Below, piece after piece: positions 44,247-47,960 of a DNA stretch of 47,960 bases. Each line of letters starts with the position of its first letter. Within the stretch, counting starts at the first letter, position 1. The stretch is from Deltaproteobacteria bacterium UBA5754 (GTDB lineage Bacteria > Desulfobacterota > Dissulfuribacteria > Dissulfuribacterales > UBA5754), in assembly GCA_002419025.1 (NCBI GenBank), contig DIFG01000087.1:1-47960 (forward strand), written 5' to 3'. Position numbers and translations under genes: made by a program. Under the pieces are notes generated by a model that worked only from the letters and a program-made list of their open reading frames with translations, had not been told where the DNA came from and did no database searches.

Positions 44247-44264
44247 TGAATGAAGCTTCATGCA
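44247..44264. promoter_or_regulatory. 18-bp near-perfect palindrome in the fhs leader
   Basis: TGAATGAAGCTTCATGCA has a perfect core ATGAAGCTTCAT at 44250-44261. It lies 28-45 nt upstream of the fhs ATG and downstream of the candidate sigma-54 promoter. Confidence 0.35.
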
Positions 44265-44341
44265 TTGGTAACGTTTTGATGAAAACCTTGTCAAGGATCC
44301 GGGACTTGCCTCCTTGCGATGCCACATCTCCATCTTTCTTT

Positions 44342-44357
44342 TGCAAATGCCGTTCCA
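44342..44357 (-). promoter_or_regulatory. Candidate sigma-54 promoter upstream of fhs (head of the Wood-Ljungdahl block)
   Basis: The minus strand reads CTGGAACG-GCAT-TTGCA, against the consensus YTGGCACG-N4-TTGCW (15/16, correct spacing). It lies ~125 nt upstream of the fhs ATG. Confidence 0.55.
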
Positions 44358-44465
44358 GAAAAGCTCACCGATGCCGGCAACCCGATCGATGCGGTTCGTA
44401 CCTCACTGCATCCTACATGCTCATCCCTACCGGCGAACAGGAATGGCCTTGAGCCGGGATGCGTC

Positions 44466-44494
44466 TTGCCCTGAACAGGGGCTCCCCGTAAACT
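44466..44494 (+). promoter_or_regulatory. Weak sigma-70-like promoter candidate for the C_GCAxxG_C_C gene
   Basis: TTGCCC-N17-TAAACT, 45 nt upstream of the ATG at 44539. This is a motif match only. Confidence 0.2.
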
Positions 44495-44538
44495 CGTTTC
44501 CGCCTGCAAAGGCAATCCGATCCTGGAGAGACTGATCC

Positions 44539-45033
44539 ATGACCCCAGAAGACATGGCACTTAAGGCCCAAAAACTCTTTAATGAGGGATTTCACTGCAG
44601 CCAGGCCATTTTCGCCGTCGGGGCGGAAAAGATCGGCTTGACCGACGAGGGCACTCAGCTCATCATCGCATCCCTCGCCCCCTTAGGCGGGGGGCTCGGA
44701 AGCTCAGGAGATGTCTGCGGCTCGCTTCCCGGTGCGCTTGCGGCCATCGGCGTCCTTACTGGAAAAAAGGCGCCATCGGCCCGGGACCACCGGGACATGT
44801 GGAGGCTGAGCTCCCGGATGGTCAAGGCGTTTCACGAGATCACAGCGTGCTACGGCGGCATCCACTGCCGGGACATCGCCAGGGTGGAATGGAGGGACCG
44901 GGAACAGGTAAAGGCCTTCCGATCCGACCCATCAGATCCCCGGCGGGAGTGCCTCAAGGTCATAGGAGAGACGGCACAGGCCCTCGGCGTGATCCTTGAA
45001 GGCCTTACGCCTGAAGATAACAGAACACGTTAA
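44539..45033 (+). CDS. C_GCAxxG_C_C family (putative redox-active) protein
   Basis: 164 aa. Motifs FNEGFHCSQAIF, VCGSLPGALAAIG and CYGGIHCRDI, plus a C-terminal Cys. RBS GGAGAG. Confidence 0.6.
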   Translation: MTPEDMALKAQKLFNEGFHCSQAIFAVGAEKIGLTDEGTQLIIASLAPLGGGLGSSGDVCGSLPGALAAIGVLTGKKAPSARDHRDMWRLSSRMVKAFHEITACYGGIHCRDIARVEWRDREQVKAFRSDPSDPRRECLKVIGETAQALGVILEGLTPEDNRTR

Positions 45034-45596
45034 AGTAGGCTGAGGGCCGATTCGGCAAGGCGTCGTTCTTCCGGATTCTCAGAGGCGAGGCAGGGTTCGA
45101 TGTGTTTCTTCGCATCGAGCGAGCGTAGGATATGGGGCCGGGCCTCGGCCAGGCGGGCGATCCCCTTAAGGGCGTCCAGCCGAAGGGCGGGAAGCTCGAG
45201 ATAGTTCCCGTCTTCCCTGATGTAGGAGAGGAGGATCGGGGCGTATTCTTCCGCAAGGCCCCGGTGTCGCGCCATGGCCTCGCCCATGGCCACAGGCGCA
45301 CCCCATCCGATCCCGCCTGATTCGTCGTTGAGACTCCACATGAGACGCCTCATGAAGACCCGGGCCGCCTCCATGTCCTCATCCGCGATGCGCGCAAGGA
45401 GCACCCCGAAGGCAGCGATGGCCCCATCCCTGATACGGACATCCCCCTCGTAGAAAAGGGAGATGAGGGGGCTCATAAGACCGCGGTACCCGGAAGGAGG
45501 AAAGGCCTCGATGATGGCATCGGGGCCTTTCGTAGATAAAAGTTCAAGGATCTTCCGCCGGAGAAGACAAATCCGGGAAGGCCCATCATCTCTCAT
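45030..45596 (-). CDS. Hypothetical alpha-helical (HEAT/armadillo-like) protein
   Basis: Start re-set to the ATG at 45596 (MRDDGPS), with an ATGA overlap with the preceding stop. Helical repeat character. No catalytic motif recognised. Confidence 0.45.
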   Translation of the reverse strand: MRDDGPSRICLLRRKILELLSTKGPDAIIEAFPPSGYRGLMSPLISLFYEGDVRIRDGAIAAFGVLLARIADEDMEAARVFMRRLMWSLNDESGGIGWGAPVAMGEAMARHRGLAEEYAPILLSYIREDGNYLELPALRLDALKGIARLAEARPHILRSLDAKKHIEPCLASENPEERRLAESALSLL

Positions 45597-46792
45597 GGAT
45601 TCAGCGATTCGTTCACGGCCCGACCGATCCTCCTTCCCATCTCGGTGCATTCCCTGAGATCGGACTCGGTGGGGACGTATTTCACGCGGATACCGGGTTC
45701 TGGCAGGGTGAACTTAAGATCCGACATGACATCGTTCATGAGCTTTACAGCCTCGCCGCTCCATCCATACGATCCGAAGGCCGCGCCTATCTTGTTCGCG
45801 GGCTTGAGTCCCTTCATGTAGGCGAGGAATCCGGCCATGCGTGGGAGCATTCCGTTGTTGAGGGTCGGGGAACCGAGGAGGATGGCCTTGGCATCCAGGA
45901 CCTCGGTCATGATGTCACTGCGGTGATTCACCTGGAGGTCGAGCATGTTGACGCTCACCCCCTCGCGATTGATGCCGTCAGCGACCGCCTTAGCCATGAG
46001 CTCCGTGCTGTGCCACATGGTGTCGTAAACCACGATGGCCCTTTTCCTGGCCTCGTGCCTGGACCAGACGTCGTATGCGGCAAGGATTGCGCCTACATGG
46101 GCGCGCTTGATGAGCCCGTGATCCGGGGCGATGGTGTCGATCTCGAGGCCCATCTCCCGGACCTTCTGAAGGAGTTTTTGAACAAGCGGGGAGTAGAGAA
46201 GAAGGATGTTGGCGTAATATTTGGCGTTATGCGCCATGAGCTCGGAGAAATCCACCTCGTCGTCGAATCGTTCACTCGTCGCCCAGTGTTCGCCGAAGGC
46301 ATCACTTGAAATGAGGAGCTTTTCCTCGGGTATATATGAGAACATGCTGTCCGGCCAGTGGAGCATGCGCGTCTCTATGAACTGGACGGAACGCCTTCCC
46401 ATGCCCATGGTCTGGCCGGGCGCGGCCACCTCGTAAGGCCAGTCCTCCCGGTGGAAGTGCTCGAGCAGGGCCTTCTTGCCCATGGTGGAGCAGATGATCT
46501 TTTCGGGTTTCACCACGTCGATCACCTCGCCGAGCCCACCCGAGTGATCCATCTCCACGTGATTAACGACTATGTAGTCGATCCTCGACGGATCAATGAC
46601 CTCCCGGATCCTCGCAAGGAGCTGATCCACCTTGCCGTGTTTGACCGTGTCGAAAAGAACGACCTTTTCGTCCAACATGAGAAACGAATTATATGTCGTC
46701 CCCTTGTACGTGGAGTATCCGTGGAAATCCCTGATAGTCCAATCCACAGCGCCCACCCAGTAGATGTCCTTTTTCACCTCGACTGTCTTCAT
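45593..46792 (-). CDS. Flavodiiron protein (rubredoxin:oxygen/NO oxidoreductase type: metallo-beta-lactamase + flavodoxin domains)
   Basis: Start re-set to the ATG at 46792 (MKTVEVKKDIYWVG), with GGAG 6 nt upstream. Motifs DFHGYSTYKGTTYNSFL and di-iron site VNHVEMDHSGG. C-terminal flavodoxin-like half. 399 aa. Confidence 0.85.
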   Translation of the reverse strand: MKTVEVKKDIYWVGAVDWTIRDFHGYSTYKGTTYNSFLMLDEKVVLFDTVKHGKVDQLLARIREVIDPSRIDYIVVNHVEMDHSGGLGEVIDVVKPEKIICSTMGKKALLEHFHREDWPYEVAAPGQTMGMGRRSVQFIETRMLHWPDSMFSYIPEEKLLISSDAFGEHWATSERFDDEVDFSELMAHNAKYYANILLLYSPLVQKLLQKVREMGLEIDTIAPDHGLIKRAHVGAILAAYDVWSRHEARKRAIVVYDTMWHSTELMAKAVADGINREGVSVNMLDLQVNHRSDIMTEVLDAKAILLGSPTLNNGMLPRMAGFLAYMKGLKPANKIGAAFGSYGWSGEAVKLMNDVMSDLKFTLPEPGIRVKYVPTESDLRECTEMGRRIGRAVNESLNP

Positions 46793-46809
46793 TTTCTTCT
46801 CCATGTTCT

Positions 46810-47055
46810 GATCCCGCTGGAAAAACCCGATTCTCGCGTCGTGCATGGCGTCCATCCTTGGACGCCACCCCTTCGGGGCTGCCTTAGGCCGTGCAAATCG
46901 GCAGTTCTCCCGATTTGTGCTTCAATTCTCCAGTCCATGCGGAGTACGCTGTAGGGGCGAATCGTGATTCGCCCTCCTCTTTCCTGGAAAATTTCGCGCC
47001 TTGCATCTCGGGCTTTTTGAGCGGGATCAGATTTTGATGTTTTTGCAGTGCGATC
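46810..47055. repeat. Type-3 MITE-like element, long copy (246 bp) with nested inserts
   Basis: Ends are GATCCCGCTGGAAAAACCC (46810-46828) and GTTTTTGCAGTGCGATC (47039-47055). Same core as 21798-21948. It carries two extra segments, one of which contains the palindrome GGGCGAATC-gt-GATTCGCCC. Confidence 0.75.
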
Positions 47056-47177
47056 ATGTTCTATGAACGTGTAATCGTGTCGTTAACGGTGCGGCCTGTT
47101 CCTCACCGCACTCCGGGTTCCACGGGTTCTGATTTGAGGCCGCCTTGAGTGATCCTTCCTGCTTGGCGTTGCACCCA

Positions 47178-47525
47178 TTACATGACTATGATTTCACAGC
47201 CTTCCTGCTCGTAGCGTGACATGGCCGGATGGCCCGACATTCCGGCCTCGATGGGAAGCCCCTCCTGCTCGACGGCCTCAAGGACCCCCATCTTCATGGA
47301 GCACGCCTTGCAGACCGCATCGATCAGGCCCTTTTCCTTGACCGAGCCGTAAAGGGCGCGGAGGAAATGGCCGGGCTGGATCATCTCGGGGACGAGACGC
47401 GTCGCCTCCCCTTCGATGATGATCCTGCCACCGAGGCCTTTTTCCGCCAGGTCGAGGGCGTTCAAAAGCACGTGGACAAAACAGAGGGGATCCCCCCTGA
47501 ATGCGAAAATGACAACCTGTTTCAT
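47178..47525 (-). CDS. DsrE/DsrF-like family small protein
   Basis: 115 aa with a Rossmann-like alternation (MKQVVIFAFRGD...) and conserved Cys residues (CKAC). The family assignment is from overall resemblance only. Confidence 0.45.
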   Translation of the reverse strand: MKQVVIFAFRGDPLCFVHVLLNALDLAEKGLGGRIIIEGEATRLVPEMIQPGHFLRALYGSVKEKGLIDAVCKACSMKMGVLEAVEQEGLPIEAGMSGHPAMSRYEQEGCEIIVM

Positions 47526-47540
47526 ACTCGGCCTCTCGGA

Positions 47541-47699
47541 TCAGACGGGCTCGAACTGGTCTTTGGTAGCGCCACAGACAGGACACGACCAGTCCGGAGG
47601 AAGGTCGTCAAAGGAAGTCCCAGGCTTCACGCCGTTTGCAGGGTCCCCCTGGGCCGGATCATAAACATAACCGCAGATGGTGCACTTGTACTTTTGCAT
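47541..47699 (-). CDS. rub: Rubredoxin (52 aa; absent from the supplied ORF track because it is under 60 aa)
   Basis: My translation is [52 protein letters not shown]. It has CxxCG...CPxCG motifs, RBS AAGGAG 5 nt upstream, and a TGA stop at 47541-47543. Confidence 0.9.
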   Translation of the reverse strand: MQKYKCTICGYVYDPAQGDPANGVKPGTSFDDLPPDWSCPVCGATKDQFEPV

Positions 47700-47712
47700 G
47701 GCTTCTCCTTAT

Positions 47713-47862
47713 GGGAACCTTGAAAAATGGTCCTTTCGCCCGATGGCTGTGTTGCTCGTCGGTCAAAAATGCTCACATACAGCGGGCAACCACGAGGGTT
47801 GCCCCTACAAAGTCTCCTCGCGCCTTGCCCTCGAACGAAAATCCTCATTTTTCAAGGTTCCC
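47713..47862. repeat. Type-2 MITE-like element, long copy (150 bp) with perfect 17-bp terminal inverted repeats
   Basis: GGGAACCTTGAAAAATG (47713-47729) and CATTTTTCAAGGTTCCC (47846-47862). A ~77-nt insert relative to 16417-16485 contains the hairpin GGGCAACC-acgag-GGTTGCCC. Confidence 0.8.
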
Positions 47863-47884
47863 TTTTATTTATTATGTAGAGGTC

Positions 47885-47923
47885 CGGGCGCGGGGTGATT
47901 TACCGCGCCCGTGGGTTTTCTCT
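47885..47923 (+). terminator. Intrinsic-terminator-like hairpin with no gene to terminate on its strand
   Basis: CGGGCGCGG-ggtgattta-CCGCGCCCG (9-bp GC stem) followed by TGGGTTTTCTCT on the plus strand. Confidence 0.3.
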
Positions 47924-47934
47924 GTGAACTATGT

Positions 47935-47960
47935 GTGATGGTTTCGTAAAAAGTCGAAAA
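47935..47960. repeat. Type-1 element, left end only (cut by window edge)
   Basis: GTGATGGTTTCGTAAAAAGTCGAAAA matches 16494-16519 (TTGATGGTCTCGTAAAAAGTCGAAAA) in the same orientation. Confidence 0.7.

Noticed and set aside
45030-45033. Convergent genes sharing their stop codons (TTAA: TAA on both strands)
   Set aside because: The overlap is real in the sequence, but it is a trivial consequence of tight packing and no functional claim is warranted.
46983-47008. Sigma-54-like motif inside the type-3 repeat (TGGAAAATTTCGCGCCTTGCA; same in 21876-21898)
   Set aside because: The GG-to-GC spacing is 15 nt instead of the obligatory 10 nt, and the motif is on the strand opposite to the downstream genes.

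Overview
This is a GC-rich chromosomal segment from an anaerobe. Gene content and selenoprotein usage resemble a deltaproteobacterial (Thermodesulfobacteriota-type) sulfate reducer, syntroph or acetogen, but that taxonomy is inference only.

Layout:
(i) 1-460: a palindromic repeat block followed by a 15-20 % GC promoter island.
(ii) 462-13153 (+): a leaderless (cytoplasmic) molybdopterin oxidoreductase and a 4x[4Fe-4S] protein, in one tight gene string with an 11-gene nuoABCDHIJKLMN set that has no nuoEFG.
(iii) 13165-16395 (-): ptsH-ptsI-hemW.
(iv) 16681-21773: glgA, a sigma-54 NtrC-type response regulator, a divergent HAMP histidine kinase and a glycine-zipper lipoprotein.
(v) 22032-44219 (-): a 22-kb co-linear Wood-Ljungdahl block, fhs-folD-acsA(cooS)-hdrA-mvhD-hdrC-like-mvhD-metV-metF::acsD-acsB-acsC-acsE-fdhA.
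(vi) 44539-47699: a C_GCAxxG_C_C protein and an O2-defence cluster (rubredoxin, DsrE-like protein, flavodiiron protein, HEAT-like protein).

Main points:
- Three ORF pairs in the supplied track are single selenoprotein genes read through an in-frame TGA (FdhA, MvhD, HdrA). Each TGA is followed by a SECIS-like hairpin.
- metF and acsD form one uninterrupted 1028-codon frame, joined by a roughly 410-aa coiled-coil/TPR/Pro-rich linker.
- Two near-consensus sigma-54 promoters sit upstream of fhs and folD.
- At least three families of MITE-like palindromic repeats fill the inter-operon gaps, in a fixed orientation relative to the downstream gene.
- I saw no rRNA, tRNA, CRISPR array, transposase or phage gene.

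All calls come from reading the sequence and translations by eye. No database search or folding program was available.
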